Shown: positions 13,401-27,189, counted from the stretch's first letter. The stretch: DNA of 64,000 nucleotides from Lytechinus pictus (GCF_037042905.1 NC_087261.1:23188001-23252000), one strand, 5' to 3'. The notes: a model not told the origin generated them from the sequence alone. Program-made: numbers and translations.

Positions 13401-16400
13401 ATCATCATCATCATCATATATAAAATACAAATTTTCTATAATTGTATACATTGTGTGTACGATTACACAGTGTATATATGTGTCTTTGAAAATCTGCTGA
13501 AGGGATTACATTTTTTTTAGGCTTCATTTTCTAACATTGTACAATTATATGGAATATTTTTTGGCACAATTTTGTTAGGATAGAAAAATAAAGCCCTTAC
13601 CTCGGTAAACTGCAATCGCTAGAAAACCGCCACAAAATATTTCAAAGTTTGTTGGGCACGGCAGACCACAGGATTCTTTTGGCAGATTTTTGTCGATGCA
13701 GGTCTGTTGCAGCTGACAAGAACAAGCGCATCCTGTTCGAATGAAGAGGGCAGCAAAGGTGAATCCATCTTCCTTACATTTTGTTGTGCAACTATCAGGC
13801 GAGTTTGAGGTTAAAATGGTTGAGTGGTTCTTCTTACCCAAGCAGCTTTTTAGTTCAGGATAGCAACCAGTGTATTTGCCATCTGAAAATGCGAATGATT
13901 TATTATAAGTAAAAATTGTAAAAAAACAAAACAGTTTGCACTCTTTCTATTAGATACTTCAATTTAATATTGAAAAAAAAAATAGCATATTTAGAGTATT
14001 CGATTATCTTTTTTTTCGTTCATTTTTCACTGTTAAACTAAATGGTTGTTGCGGCGATAGTTGCAGTCACGACCGATTTCAGATCACTTATATATGCGAT
14101 AATGTAGTTAGGCGCGGGTCCAGGATCTCGTAGCGAGGGGGGCAAATTTGAACTGATTTTGGCGCCCCTGTGTACTTTTTGAAAAATGCCGCCCCTCCCT
14201 CCCGGCCAGGCAAACATAAGTGCCTTCAAGTGCATGCTGAATTATCTTATTTCATAATAACAGAAAAAAGGGAATCTGAAGACAATTTTTTTTTTAATGT
14301 GCTCATGATGAAAAAAAAATTATTCAGCAGGGGCGCACGAAGGGGGGGGGAGGGGGTCTTGAACTTTTTTAGGGGACGCAAATTTAAATAAGAATGGTGG
14401 GGGTACAGACCGCATTTAAAGAAAACATGAGATTTATTCTAAAAAACACAGTGAGGTATTTCACATGGCTTAAATAAATAATGCGAACGCAAAGCGCGAT
14501 CTGATTTTTGAAATAAACTTTGCTTGTATTTTATCTTAAAAGCTTAAATAGTAGTTATGGTAAATACGATGCATATTTATTTTTTTGTCAATAAATGCGA
14601 GTGCGAAGCGCGCGCTATAATTTTTTTAGAAAAATGATCAAATGAAAAAGGGCATTTTCAGTTGTCTGGTTGGAATGTCAAAAATGTCCTGCTTGCGCTT
14701 CTCCTTCGCATAACCTGCCAGGACAGGGTGCGTACATGACTTAACAATTGATGCGAGCGCAAAGCACTAGATGAAAAAGTTTGATATTCTAACTAAAACA
14801 TGGAAACTTCAAGCAAATAGCTGTGTATCTAGCGAATCAAGTACTTCGAGGGCAAAGCACGAGCCGGAATATTTTCCATATCCCTATCTGAAAATTTGAC
14901 ATTTTAAGCACGTTTTTGGGTAAAGAATAATTTGTGTTTCTCAATGAACGATTTATGCGAGCCTAAAGCGCGAGGTGAAATTTAATTGTACTGACTAGAA
15001 GTGGAAACCTTTTGAGCACTTTTTACCATGCAGGAAAATTGTTTAGAGGGTACGTATCTCACTAAATAAGTAATGGGAATTCGAAGCAAGAGCAAAGTTA
15101 TCTTGAACAGAATATCTAACGATAAAATGCAAATGCAATGCTTACGTGAAAGCTAAACATTCATTTTCTCAGAGGCGGATTCAGGGCGGAAGTTGAAAAA
15201 AAATCATTAAAAAATTTTCCGGTTGAACGTTGAAAGCCTTTTTTTCGGGGGGGGGGGTACTCTTCTCAAAAGACTGATGTTTTAACTACATCTCAGGTTC
15301 GTTCTTACGCACAATATATCAACATGGTCAAGATAAGAAGTAAAGAAATAACGCGAGCGCGAAGCTCTACCTCATTATTTGTTTATGTTTCATGCATAAT
15401 GATATAAATTTTAATATTCTTAGCAGTTGTTTATCATCATGAACAAGATGCGTGTGTAACCAAATTATTAATGGGATGATAAAAATACCATAAAACAATT
15501 CCATTTTTAACCAGTCGCAAAATTGCTAATACACCTGATTTTAGGGGGTCTTGATATAGGTGATTCCCCCCCCCCCCCCCCCTCCTCCTCAAGCAGTAAG
15601 TGGGGGTCGGGAAAATTTGAACCTTTACACTTCCTGATAGATTGGACCTAAGTGAATCCAAAATGCAGAAAAAAATGTCAACTATGGCACAAAGTCATAC
15701 AGGACCTGTGTCAACTAATATCATCATGATAAGTTATGGCGCCATCTAGTGTTGTAGTTAGGTTTTCACGGCATAAAATCCTGAAATGGGGTTGATTTTT
15801 ACATCAATTGACAAAGAATAATCACATAAATTACATGTGATGTGTTTCTCTGTTATTGGACTATATAACAAGACATATTCATTTCATTTTGTAATCTTTG
15901 TTCCTATTGGGCTTTGTGCAGGACAATATGGCGCCCAACGAAGGGAAGGAAGGGTCTGAAAATTTGAAAAAAAAATCCTAAGGGATTACACACCATACCG
16001 CACTAAAAAGACTTTAAGCGCTTTTTGTACAAATGAACATAATAAGTATATATTCTAACCAAACAATATTGATACGAGGGCGAAGCTTGAGCTTATTTTA
16101 TTCACGTTCCTACTAGAAAACTGGAAATGTACCTTTCGTAATTATTAGGGGATAGGAATCTCGCTAAACAATTCATGCGAGCGGGAAGCACGAGCTCAAA
16201 ATTTATGATTTTCCGACTTTTAAACCCAGAATTAATTAGGATTTTTTATAGTCATAGACAGAATAGGTATCTAACTAAACAACTGATGCGAGCGCGACCT
16301 GAAAATCTTAGATTTTCTGACTTTTAAACTGTCAATTCTTAGCTTATTTCTTAACCATGAACAGAATAAACATCTCACAAAACAATTGATGCGAGCACCC

Positions 16401-19400
16401 CCTAGTTCGAACATCAATTTCGCGCACTCTGGTTCGAACATCAAAATATCGGCGACCCTGGCTCCGTAACACAAAGGTTTGTGATGGATTCCAAATATGA
16501 AAAAAACCGCAATCATGGCAATGATTGGTCCCTGGTCAGTATTTTTAACCAAATGCGCCTGTGACATTTGTGTTACGGAACCCTGGTCAACATCAAACGG
16601 ATGCTTCCGTCCATTTATTAGTTATTTTCAAGCTTTCTATTTTCCCCTCTCCTTTTTCTTTTAATTTCTCTTTTCCTCTTTCCCCTTCTTTTCGCCCCTT
16701 CCCTCTTTTTTTCCTTCTCTCTTTCTTTCATCCTCTTCCTCTCTCTTTTTTTCTTTTCTTCTTTTTCCCCTCTTCTCATTTTATTTTCCATTTCTCCCTC
16801 TCTTTCTCTCTCTTTTGTTTTCTTCTTCTCTTCCTTTCCCCCTCTTCCTCCCTTTTTGTAATGAACAGGAGGGGTGCAAGCATAGGTGGCGGAAGCGGAA
16901 TTTGAGGTGGGGGGGACGGTCCCCCCCCCCTAAATTTTCGTTGATGATCTTTTTTTTTTTTTTTTTTTTTCCTTGTCAAAAAATTGTGTCAGTCCCCAAA
17001 AAAATGTTGGTTGATATATAACCCTTTTTTTTTGCTTGTTAATAAATGTTGGTGGTCCCTCCCTAAATTGTTTGGCTTCCGCCGCCGATGCGTGCAAGCC
17101 CCCCTCGACCCCCATGGATCCGTGCCTAAAGATAGTTCAGATGAAAAATTGACAAATGGGGATGATAAGAATGATGATGAGACGACAATGGTAATTACGC
17201 TTATCATAAGAAATATGGGAATATAAGATACGATCATGTCATGCCCAATATACCGGTTCCGATCCGTTTAAACGAACACGATTCCTGGGGCGGTATTCCG
17301 GTAAAAAACAAATTATGAAAAAAGGAAAATATAAACAAATTTGTAGTGAACCCCACTTTTTCCCCCTTTTTTTCCCTTGGAAAATAAAATCATTCCCGGG
17401 GCCATGAACCCTGTAATAACTTGTCATAAATTTATTCAATTCTTCCAGGGATTTGGTCACCGCTAAGATTGTCATCAATCAGTATTTTGAATATTGTATT
17501 TTTATCTACGTATGTTCCGGCCTATTTCTTCACCGACAAGTGGATTGAGAGGCATTGGCAGGAGCAGACGCCCTTAACAAGGTACGGTACTTCGTCTTGG
17601 GATGCGAGTATCTCATCACTGCCGTTGACCACAAGCTACTGCTCAAGAGAGGACCTTGGAGGGGATCTTTAATCCCCACTTGTGGAATCTAAAGAAGAAG
17701 ACACTGTGATACAAGTTCAGAATGTGCTATGTCCATTGCGTCCGTCATCGAACTACAGATTGCCCCTCTCGCCACCATAAACGCAAGGCAGAGAAACTGC
17801 ACCTCCCAGATGACGTAGCCGTGCTTGGTGTCATGCCGCTGTAGTTCCTGCACTCAACGACGCAAACTGGGGCCTTCTGACCCTGGAACCTGTTCAAGTC
17901 TGCACACTTTCCTCTGCCAGGTGTGCCCTGAACTCTATTCACCACAAAGTTACATGGGATAGAGTACATTCTGCGACAGCGAGTGATGGCAACATGCAGA
18001 CCCTCTTCGAACTCATCGAGTCTGGCTTGCCTGTACATTGCCATGCATTTTCCCCAGCCACTGCATGAATTCTTCGAATTTTCCCGATGGACTTTCTTTG
18101 GTTGATGGGTTGTCCTCTACAACGATCGTGTACTCATTCCTCCTTCCATCTGGGATGAAGTATTGACCAACCTGCATGCTGCTCACCAAATGGTTACCTT
18201 GATGATTGCTCGCGCTGAAGCATCTGTCTTCTGGCCTGGCATCACCCCGGCGATCAGTGCCTTAAGTGCAGGATGCACTCAGTCCAATAGCCCCGTCCAA
18301 TCCTAATGCACTACAATCCCCCTCACCCCGCCAGCCTTCCCCTTTCAGTGTATCTGTGCAGACTGTTTTCATTACTTCATTACAAAGGAAGCAACTATTT
18401 GGTCATAGTGGGCAGGTACTCAAACTGGCCAATCGTCGAACGGTATACACACGGGGGGGGGGGGGCGAATGGACTTATCACATGTCTCCGTCGCGTCTTC
18501 GCCACTCCGGACCTTTCGTTTGAGGACGCGCACGCTTATTTACGACGTTAGTTGATTTTGGAAGAGACTTTTTGGGCCCGTCATCATGGTCGTCCTGCAA
18601 TGCAAATTGTGTGACATGAGATTTTTTTTTCGTTTCGCATCTGCGACGGAAACATTCAATATGCGTTTCGTGTGCAAAATTTTGGTTGCTACTATGGTAA
18701 CAGCGATATACCTCATTGAGGACGACTTTCCAAAGCCACATTTGACTCCTCCTAGAGCTCGAGAGGCCGCCCGGGGGGCCCACTTCCATTGATTAGTGGA
18801 TCCCAGGAGCGACCACGCGTAAAAGGGGACAGAGTGGGCAGGTACGTTACGTATAGGCCTATGTAACGTTATAAGGGTGTCAAAACGATGTTTAAAATGC
18901 TGACAAAAAAGGGATATCCAATACTTGTAGGGTTTCACAAGCCAAATTCTTGTTAAGAGATGCATTTTCATAATCTGGAAAAGAATTACTTCCCAGCTTG
19001 TTTAGGGTATTTTTCGAAACCCCATGGTCGTGCCTGGTATCCACTCATTAATGGAAGTGGTCCCCCCCGGAATTTGAATCTAATCCCCATTTCTGGGGGA
19101 AGTAAAACATAATGCCCATTACATCGTGTGCGAGAGGCATATCGTTTGTGTAGAAGGAATAAACAAAAGAAACAAAAGAAACAAAAAGAAACGAGTTCAA
19201 ATGTATTACATAATGGTGTGCACATATCAACTCACGCGAAATGTTCGGCTGGAGAGGTTGATCTGACCCATGAAATCAATTGCCAGTGATACACCAATAA
19301 TCCACATTAAATGTAATATCGATTCGATGGACTGTAATGATCTATATCTAAGCCTTCATTCAGTAAGTTTTTCCTCACTCAATATGTACTCGATTTGTTT

Positions 19401-22400
19401 GAAAAACCACTTTCTTATCCATGTCATAATCTATTTTAGGTCTTCATTTCGAATATCTCAAACCATCAGTCGTAATATACATGCTATGTATGGTGCGAGT
19501 GTCGCAGAAAAGGATTTTGCACACGAAAAGCAGATCTGTAGGGCCTGTAACCCCCCTGTAACACAAAGTTTAGCATTGATTGTAGAGCAGTTTTCTACGT
19601 TTGATTCTATTGACTATAATGCACATTCAATCTTAAAAATCAAGTGTATGATTAAGCGTTAACTTTTGTGTTAGGGGACCCTAATATTAGCGTCCGTGAG
19701 GATTGCGAAAGGTCCCAACTTTCGGCACTACCGACGAGCTTGCTTCTGATGGCGGTCCTGAGTTCACAGCGGTAGCTTCGTGCCGTTTCCTTGCGGATTG
19801 GGGCATCCATCATAGTCTTGCCTCTGTCGCATTTCCCCCACATCAACTGTCGAGTTGAGGTTGCTGTTAAGACCAGCAAGCGCCTCATCATGAGCAACAC
19901 GGGCATTACTAGATCCCTGGATACGTATCACTTTCAACGGGGAATACTCCAGTATCGCAACGCCCCGGACAGATACACGAAGCTCTCCCCAGCCATGTGT
20001 GTCTTTGGCCACCCGATCCAGGACTTTATCCCTATCGCCCCTGGCAAATACAAGCAACACAACACCTGGTGCGGGACCCTAAAGGCAAGGGAGGAGGCCC
20101 TTTGCAACCGTAACATGAAGGTAGCAGAACGATGGAAGGAGCACACCAAACAGCTTCTTCCCCTTGATTTTGGCAACCACGTTCGCGTTCAGAACAAAAC
20201 AGGGTCGCATCCTCTGAAATGGGACGAGACGAGCGTTGTGATTGAAAGTACGGCAGCATGAACAAACCTAGTCTGTGTTGATGGATCCGGCCGGATCACA
20301 CTAAGGAATTGCAAGTATCTACGACAATAAATTCCTGTACATCCACCCTTACTGCCAAGGACGTCGGAGGATGACCTTTGTGCCCAGAGTTACCCGAATC
20401 CTCTTATCTTTCCTGAAACCTACTGCTGTGTCTGGTGGACTACCATCACCCTCCCCATGTCCTTTTGCTCCCACTCAGCAACCTTTTTTTTTCAATTTGT
20501 TTCCCCTCCACAGGGATTTTATTATTATTCAAAACATAACAAGATAATCTTTTCAATGACAAATCAAATTAATAACAACGAAATACAATACAACAGTAAT
20601 TGTAACAAATATATAAATTGAACTGTCAGGTTAACATAATAGTAAACAATTTAAGGAACAAGCAAGGAGTAAATGAACAATAATATTCATATGTATCATT
20701 GTACATGGAAAGGGAACTGAATAGATCACTTCATGTAAACATGGCACGTAATTGAAACCATTTCTTTGTAAACTTTACCATTTTACAATTTGACTCTGCG
20801 ATATATTTTTCATTCTTGAAATAATTCTGAAGTGCAAATTTGATATTATCAAAAACAGGTAATTGATGTTTTACTCTGGAAGTATAGATCATCTGTCGTA
20901 TCACTATCAATAAACAATTTAATGCATAATTACTTAAACCTTTTAAACCAAATAATTTTTTTTCTTTATTAGAGAAAAAAAAATTATTTCCAGTTTTAAG
21001 AAATATCCATTGTTCAAACCTGTCCCATATATGTTTAATACATGTACATTCACAAAGTAGATGAGTAACTGTTTCACGGTGTACATTACAAAAAGTACAT
21101 TCGTTTTGTTGAGCTAAATTAATTTTAAACAATATTTCATTTGTATATAAAATATGTTGCATTATTTTGAACTGAAGCCAACGTAAATTCACATCGGTAG
21201 TACAACTGAATCCAATAGAGCAATACGATTGCCATTGCTTGTCATTCATATCGAATATACACTTCCACTTAAGAAAACTTTTACATTCCACTTTTCTTTT
21301 CTTTTTAAGAATCGTATAGATGTGTGAACAACCTTTATTATATTTCATAACAAGTGCTATAATTGTATCAGGGATAATAGGTTCTTGGAACTTGCTAAAG
21401 TGTGTGCCATTGCTAAAACCGTCTCTTATAGCATCACATAATCCACGGTAAAAAAGAAAATTTATTTGAACATTGTATTTTTCCTTAAGGTCATTCAAAG
21501 AGAGGAAATTGCCATGTACATCTAAAATATCATTAACAAAACGAACACCCCTATTATTTAGAGATCTACTGTGAATTGAGCTATTACCTATTTTGATAAA
21601 ATCATTGTTCCATAAGGGTTGGCAAGGTATATCATTACAGTGCATAGATAACAGTGTGCTATACGCTAAGAACATTTCTTTCCAAAAAAGGATTTTTAAT
21701 TTCGTGTGCCAGTCTAAAAAAATAGCTATTTCCCATATAAAGATCCAAGTTTTGCGTTTTATGCAAAAAAGACTGAAGAAGACAAATAATATTACCGTCA
21801 ATGGAACCGTTTATCATTTTTTTCATCCAAGAAATTTTCAATGACTGGCAATGCAGATTTATGTCTATCATTTTTACTCCACCTTCAGAATAACTCTGAG
21901 ACATTTGATTTCTACTTACTTTATCTGGTTTATCTCCCCATATGAATCTATGAAATTGGGAATTTACATCTTTTAGAAATAACTCACTTGGATTTGGGAG
22001 AGAAAGAATTAAGTAGTTCAATTTAGACACAAACAATGACTTGACAACCGTAACTCTTCCAAGGACCGTCAGGTAACGTCTTAACCATGAAGTCATTTGA
22101 CTTTTGATCTCTTTAAACTTTTCATTGTAATTATGCACCGTCATTTTCTGAAGATCTGTACAAAAATCTATACCTAAATATCTGAAGTATTCATCAAATA
22201 CCCAATTCAAATTCCTATTGGCAAGAATACAGTCTTTCTTGTTCTTATATCCTCCAATCCATATTGCATGTGTCTTGGTTATATTAACAGTCAAACCTGA
22301 TATTGTTTTATATTTTTCCAAGATGTCAAAAGCACTACTCAATTCTCTTTCTGAACCGTTTAATGTCAGAAGAGTGTCATCTGCATACTGTAATATTTTA

Positions 22401-25400
22401 TGACATTTACCAGAGGGCATCCTCGAACCATCTATTGACGTTGATTGTCGAAACAAAACGCCAAGTATTTCAGCACATAATAGAAAAATATATGGAGACA
22501 ATGGATCTCCTTGGCGACAGCCCCGCTCTATTGAAAATCTGGGAGACAGGTGTCCATTGATTAAAACACAAGATTGAGCACTTTCATAAAACACATCAAA
22601 CCATTTAACAATGGTCGGACCAAATTTAAGGAAGTGTAGTACATTGCGAATAAAGTCATGAGAAATTGAATCGAATGCCTTCTCAAAATCTATAAGTAAC
22701 AATAAACCGGGAATATCGTTTAATTCAGTATATAATAATATATCATATAACAAGCGGATGTTTTCTCCGATAAAGCGTCCGGACATAAACCCTTTCTGAT
22801 TTTCATGAATAAGAAGAGGGAGTACATTCTTCAATCTATTAGCTATACAAGTAGATCCTATTTTGTATACAACATTTAATAATGATATGGGTCTCCAATT
22901 TTTTAAATAGTGTCTATCTTTACTTCCTTTGGGGATTAAAGTAATAACTCCTAACTTCTGTATGTAAGGCATACCAGATAAAAATGAAGAGTTTAAATAT
23001 CTAACTAAAAATATATGGATTTCCTTCCAAAAATGTTTAAAAAATTCAACAGTGAATCCATCTAGACCAGGAGATTTATTGTTTTTCATATTTGTTAGGG
23101 CATAATAAACCTCGTCGGTGGAGAGCTCTCCTTCTAAATTCCGTGACATAGCATTTGTTAATTTATTTAGTTCATCTTTGTTTATCATTGCATTTAAATC
23201 AATATTTATAACAGGGTGCCTTTCATATAGTTGTGAATAAAAAAATTTCTGATGTAATATCCTCATGTTTTGTTACTTCCTTATTTTCATTGGTAATCAA
23301 TTTGCATATTCTTTTATTAACAACATTTTTCTTTTCTAAATTTAAAAAATATTTGGATGGTTTCTCTCCGAACTCCATCCATTTAGTTCTGGATCTCATC
23401 TTTATTTCTTCATTATTTTCTTTTCTCAATGACTCTAACTGAGCTTTCTTCTCATTCAGAACAGTTAACTCCCTTTCTATATTTGTATTTAAAACCAAAT
23501 TCTTTTCTAAATTTACAATTTCTTTCTCTAAATCATTTTCTAGATTAACGTTTTTTTTCTTTTTTGCAGCAGCATATGAAATTGTTTCACCTCTAACAAC
23601 TGTTAACAGTGTATCAAAAAACAGCTGATCGCTTACATTAAACTCATACCAAGGATTTTGACCATCTACTACATTTCCACCGAATCTTACCGGTCGGGTT
23701 GAGTAGGTATCAATTGTTTGTTGAATAACACCTTTAATCAGTTTTATATAAATATCATCTTTTAACAATGAATTGTTAAATTTCCAGTAACTCGGTCCTG
23801 TCTTACAATGATTTAGATTCAATGATAACTTCACCAACGAATGATCAGTTCTGTATCCTGGTAGAATTTCTATTCTGTTAACAAGAGACATTAATTCATG
23901 AGTTACAAGAAAATAATCCAATCTGGCTGCCTTAAATGGAGTGGGTTGGCGCCATGTAACCTGGGCCCATTGCCGACGCCTTCCCACCACCAGTGACGGA
24001 TCACCCTGATGGTTCCCGCCAACCATACCCTGTTGATGTCCTGTCATCCCCAACCGTTCATGCTGCCCCAGCTGCAGTTACTCCTGAAGCTTCCCCTTCG
24101 TCGGCTGCTTGACCCCCTCCTGCTACTCCATCACCTGAGGATGACGCCATCGCTTCCTTGCCACCCCAGCTCCTCCCAGGCGATTTCTCCGTCCGGCCAG
24201 TAGACCTGCGTGGCACTCAGATTACGAGATGTGTCCCTAATATGCAATGACATACTTCTTGTGTTTTCGGAGTTTCTGTTTTACCCGTTTTTGTTTCCTG
24301 CCGGTGTTCGTGTTCGCTGTTATTTGGATGTTGCATTGTTTTTTTCTCTTTTACTTTCTGGAGTTAACGTTTTGCAGGAGCCTTTCAACGTAGATATTGC
24401 TTTTTGGACACGAATTTCATCTTTGCAACTGACTCGCTTTATTACTAATTCTCGTCGCGCCTAAGGCTCGGGGAGATAGAGGATCCTAAAACCTACTTCT
24501 ACCGTTTTGCTCTCTCAGCTGTGAACATTGCTGTTTCAGCATCTACTGAATTGCTTAATAGAGACAAATGGTACAGAGACCCGTGATTGCAGATCCGATG
24601 TCTTCTTCTCTAAAGCTAATTAGTTGAAAATAACCCATGGACAAATGTGTTTAAAAAACCACTGAAATTCTTGAATACTGTACTGCGAGGTGTTGCAAAG
24701 TATGACGAATATCAAAGCTCAATAGCATAAAGTTATTAAGCACATGAACCCATGTTATTTGTTTCATATTTGAAATATTCAGGTACCAAATTGTTTCTGT
24801 GCAAAATTTGGTGAAAATGACATGAATTTAATTTTAATTGTTGAACGTCCTTAATAAGACTAAAATCAGCGGATTTCGACATTATGCTAGGCGCAGGGGC
24901 CACGGAACGGTTTTGAAAGGGGGGGGGGGGTTGGACTGAGTCAAAAGTGGGGGGCTGACCACGCAAGTACTCATAATCAGATGGTCATTTTTAAATTTGT
25001 GAAGTCCCCGCAGCCCCTCCCCCCTCCCCGGTTTCCGCGACCCCTGAGGCGTGACCTCACACTGTGTCAGGAACCTTGTGATTACATGCGTTAAAACATT
25101 GACCTATATATGCTCCTGATTTCCAGATTAAAAATTCGATGTTTTTTTTTCGTCAAATTTAAAGAGTATAATTGTATTGGCAATTATTTAGTGCTCGAAA
25201 GGATAGAGACCTGCAGCTCTGGACTAGTTTGTGACTGTTTTGTTTTGACACGTATTAGGCCTGTATTGCTATACCAAGAAAAATATTACCCACAACCTGA
25301 ATGAAGATGAATACGATAAGTTATGCAAAATTAGCGAGAAATAGGATGTGGTTAAACTAATAAAAAAACTGACGTTTTCATAAATTTAACCGAAGAGGTG

Positions 25401-25909
25401 CTATTTATATGATTACTGCACGTGATAGAAGTAAAGAAAATCAAATGTGTGTTCTGAAAGGTAGACAAATGGGCATCAATTTTATTGTGTACTAGCACAT
25501 GGAATCACGATGCTTCTTACCGAATGACGTCACAGTCCTGAGTATTAAGGTGAAAAGCCAAAGCAGCAATAAAGAAGACATCAGAAAATAGTATGTATAA
25601 AAGGAAGAACAAAATGTCCATGAATCATTGAGAAAAGGCAAGTTGCGTGATTTATCTTACACGGCTCTCACACGCACTGAAATCGTGACGACACAAAATA
25701 AACAATTTGGTGTCCCTGTCTCCATTTATTGCTTTTAGGACAAACGTTAAGAAATTGCCATACTTACATGTCTCATGTATCGAATTCCCGTTATTGAATA
25801 ATTCGGTATCCGTGGTATTGAAACCTGTAAGCGCCGAAATTGGTCTTAAACATATTAAAAGCAGAGAAAACAACATAGTCCCATATACTCCGATATTCAT
25901 GGGAGCCAT
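7450..25909 (-). CDS. WSC-domain single-pass receptor-like gene B (~364 aa)
   Basis: Exons 25909-25768 (signal MAPMNIGVYGTMLFSLLLICLRPISA.., donor T|GTAAGT), 13882-13601 (WSC: GKYTGCY..CTTKC..CACSC..CGLPC..FCGG..AVYR), 9358-9296 (stalk VTSENTSNSKCRNHNNDDRDP) and 8057-7450 (TM LLILIPIPTVCIFILVIIGAILI-RKR, tail with HYAE, HEYTY, EDGY, LYYSSRI). All phase 1, summed length 1095 nt. Joining exon 1 across an 11.9-kb TE-filled intron is the least certain step. Confidence 0.82.
9705..9851. other. Assembly gap (N run)
   Basis: Run of N. Confidence 1.
9987..11902. mobile_element. Non-autonomous DNA transposon (~1.9 kb) inserted in a (TA)n tract, Tc1/mariner-like
   Basis: TIR CACCACAAAAAAAGTAAGTCCCCCCTAAA / TTAAGGGGGGACTTACTTATTTTGTTGTG, TA repeats on both flanks, no transposase ORF. 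Confidence 0.75.
11955..13417 (+). mobile_element. 5'-truncated L2-clade LINE with open RT frame and 3' UTR
   Basis: FQSAYR, LDLSAAFDTVDH, GVPQG, YADDTQ, LHWLPV..RIAYK, WGDRAF..GPKLWNSLP; stop at 13250; 3' agcgccatgag..ggcgctatacaag and (ATC)n tail. The first ~30 aa of the ORF-track call come from flanking DNA. Confidence 0.93.
14480..16400. repeat. Degenerate ~110-bp-period repeat arrays carrying a GCGAGCGCGAAGCGCGAGC-like motif (blocks ~14480-15370 and ~16070-16400)
   Basis: Motif variants at about 14483, 14597, 14753, 14847, 14957, 15075, 15353, 16075, 16177, 16288 and 16391. Confidence 0.65.
16460..16582. mobile_element. Short MITE (related copy at 19551-19680)
   Basis: TIR GGCTCCGTAACACAAA / TTTGTGTTACGGAACC. 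Confidence 0.65.
16630..16858. repeat. Polypyrimidine (CT-rich) low-complexity tract
   Basis: About 230 nt almost entirely C/T. Confidence 0.9.
18507..19717. mobile_element. Non-autonomous DNA element inserted in the Gypsy integrase, itself holding two MITEs (18770-19070, 19551-19680)
   Basis: TIR GGACCTTTCG / CGAAAGGTCC with a 3-bp ACT duplication; removing it restores V-F-A-T-F-G. Inner MITE TIR CCGGGGGGCCCACTTCCATTGATTAGTGGAT / ATCCACTCATTAATGGAAGTGGTCCCCCCCGG. Confidence 0.75.
20485..23957 (-). mobile_element. 5'-truncated L1/Tx1-clade LINE ORF2 (EN C-terminus, RT, C-terminal Cys/His motif), two frameshifts
   Basis: TWR..RLDYFL..TDHS; KSPGLDG, NWRPISLLN, DFEKAFD, RQGDPLSP, QYADD; CTFC..ETVTHLLCEC. 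Poly(A) reads as a T run at 20485-20492; AACCT duplicated at 20480-20484 and 23958-23962. Confidence 0.92.
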
Positions 25910-27189
25910 ACCGAAGTACTATTTGGAAGCTCTTTGTTGGATGCTGCCGTACGTTTGCTGATACGCGAATCTGATCTTCAGGGCATTTATTTCATATAAA
26001 AATTATACAAGAACTATGAATGATTTGGGATGGTATAATACATGTTTAATAGACTTATCAAACGCCAATAATTAATGTCGAGTTGTTTGAATTCAATATT
26101 TAACTTATTATAAGTGGTGCACTTTCGACAAGGAAGTACAAGACATATGACAATTATGACATATTTATGACAATAGCTCTATATATTTTGAAGCCTTTAT
26201 AGAGACTCAACATTTAAAGTACTTGGATATACAATGCAATAAACGCTCTATAAATGTTATTCTTCTTCTTTCTTTTTTTCTTCTTCATCATCATCATCTT
26301 CTTCTTTTTCTTCTTATCATCATCATCATTATAACTAGTATTTATTATCATTGTTGCTGTTATGAATTTCAACAATTACGAAATCCAGTTGTATCGTTAC
26401 AAGTTAGTTAGATTTTGGAGATCTTATCGTATTTAGAAGTTATGTGAAAATACGAGGTGAGAAGTAAAATAAAGAAAACCGATTTTTAGGTTTACATCTG
26501 CTTCAAAACCTATGGACACCATTGCCTGCTTGTGGGCGGTTTTAAAGTTTGAAGTATGAATTAAAATATATGTGTAAATATATATTTTTATATTTTGCTT
26601 ATCATTCAAAATAACATAACAAGCGTTGTGTATATACAGCCTTTTCCCAACAACATACACCAAGAGCCGCAATATCCATGAAGAGGTCAATATTTACTTT
26701 TTCCTTCTTGACCTGTAATGGCGGCATAATTACTGCGTTCTAATATGAGGTTTGTTTGAAGGTTTATATGATTGTTGTCACTTTGCGAATCCAAGGTTGT
26801 AGCTATATTCAAGATGAACCCACTATTTATGTAAACTTGTAATAGGTAGGAGGTGGGATGGTCTGCCCTGTTGTTAACCTATTTGTCTTTATGTATTTAG
26901 TCACTGATTTTATTTTATTGAGTGGGGAGACACGAACGCTCACATAACACAAGTGTCTCCGGGATTACCGAGATATCAGAGCAAATAAGTATATTGTGTG
27001 TATATTTTGTTTTCCCTCCTTAAATAGTGCTGAATTTGTCACTTTCACCTTTCTCATTCTTTATACCAAAATTTCTTAATACCATTCCCGTCTCCTTTTT
27101 AAAGTTTAGGCCTAGACTATAAGGGCGTCGCCGCTAAAACGATGTAAATGCACGCGTCGGTGCGGGAGGCACTTATCTCCGAGATGCTA

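Larger units (their letters stand above)
17470..24612 (+). mobile_element. Decayed Gypsy/Ty3 LTR retrotransposon (3' pol/integrase, PPT, putative 3' LTR), split by nested insertions
   Basis: Frameshifted integrase motifs: VLYNDRVLIPPS, LHAAHQ..FWPGIT (18110-18250), YLVIVGRYSNWP, RRVFAT|FGTTDELASDGGPEF across an insertion, LQYRNAPD..LSPA (19791-20261), C-terminal RRPAWHSDY (~24200-24230). PPT GGGGAGA at 24470-24476, then a 136-bp segment bounded by TAGAG..CTCTA. No gag, RT or 5' LTR recognised; the 5' boundary is approximate. Confidence 0.8.

Noticed and set aside
16561-17237. Phe/Ser-rich and Lys-rich ORFs
   Set aside because: Products of CT-rich tracts and homopolymer runs.
23958-24053. N-terminus of the 276-aa ORF 23223-24053
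   Set aside because: Chance read-in from antisense Gypsy sequence beyond the LINE truncation point.
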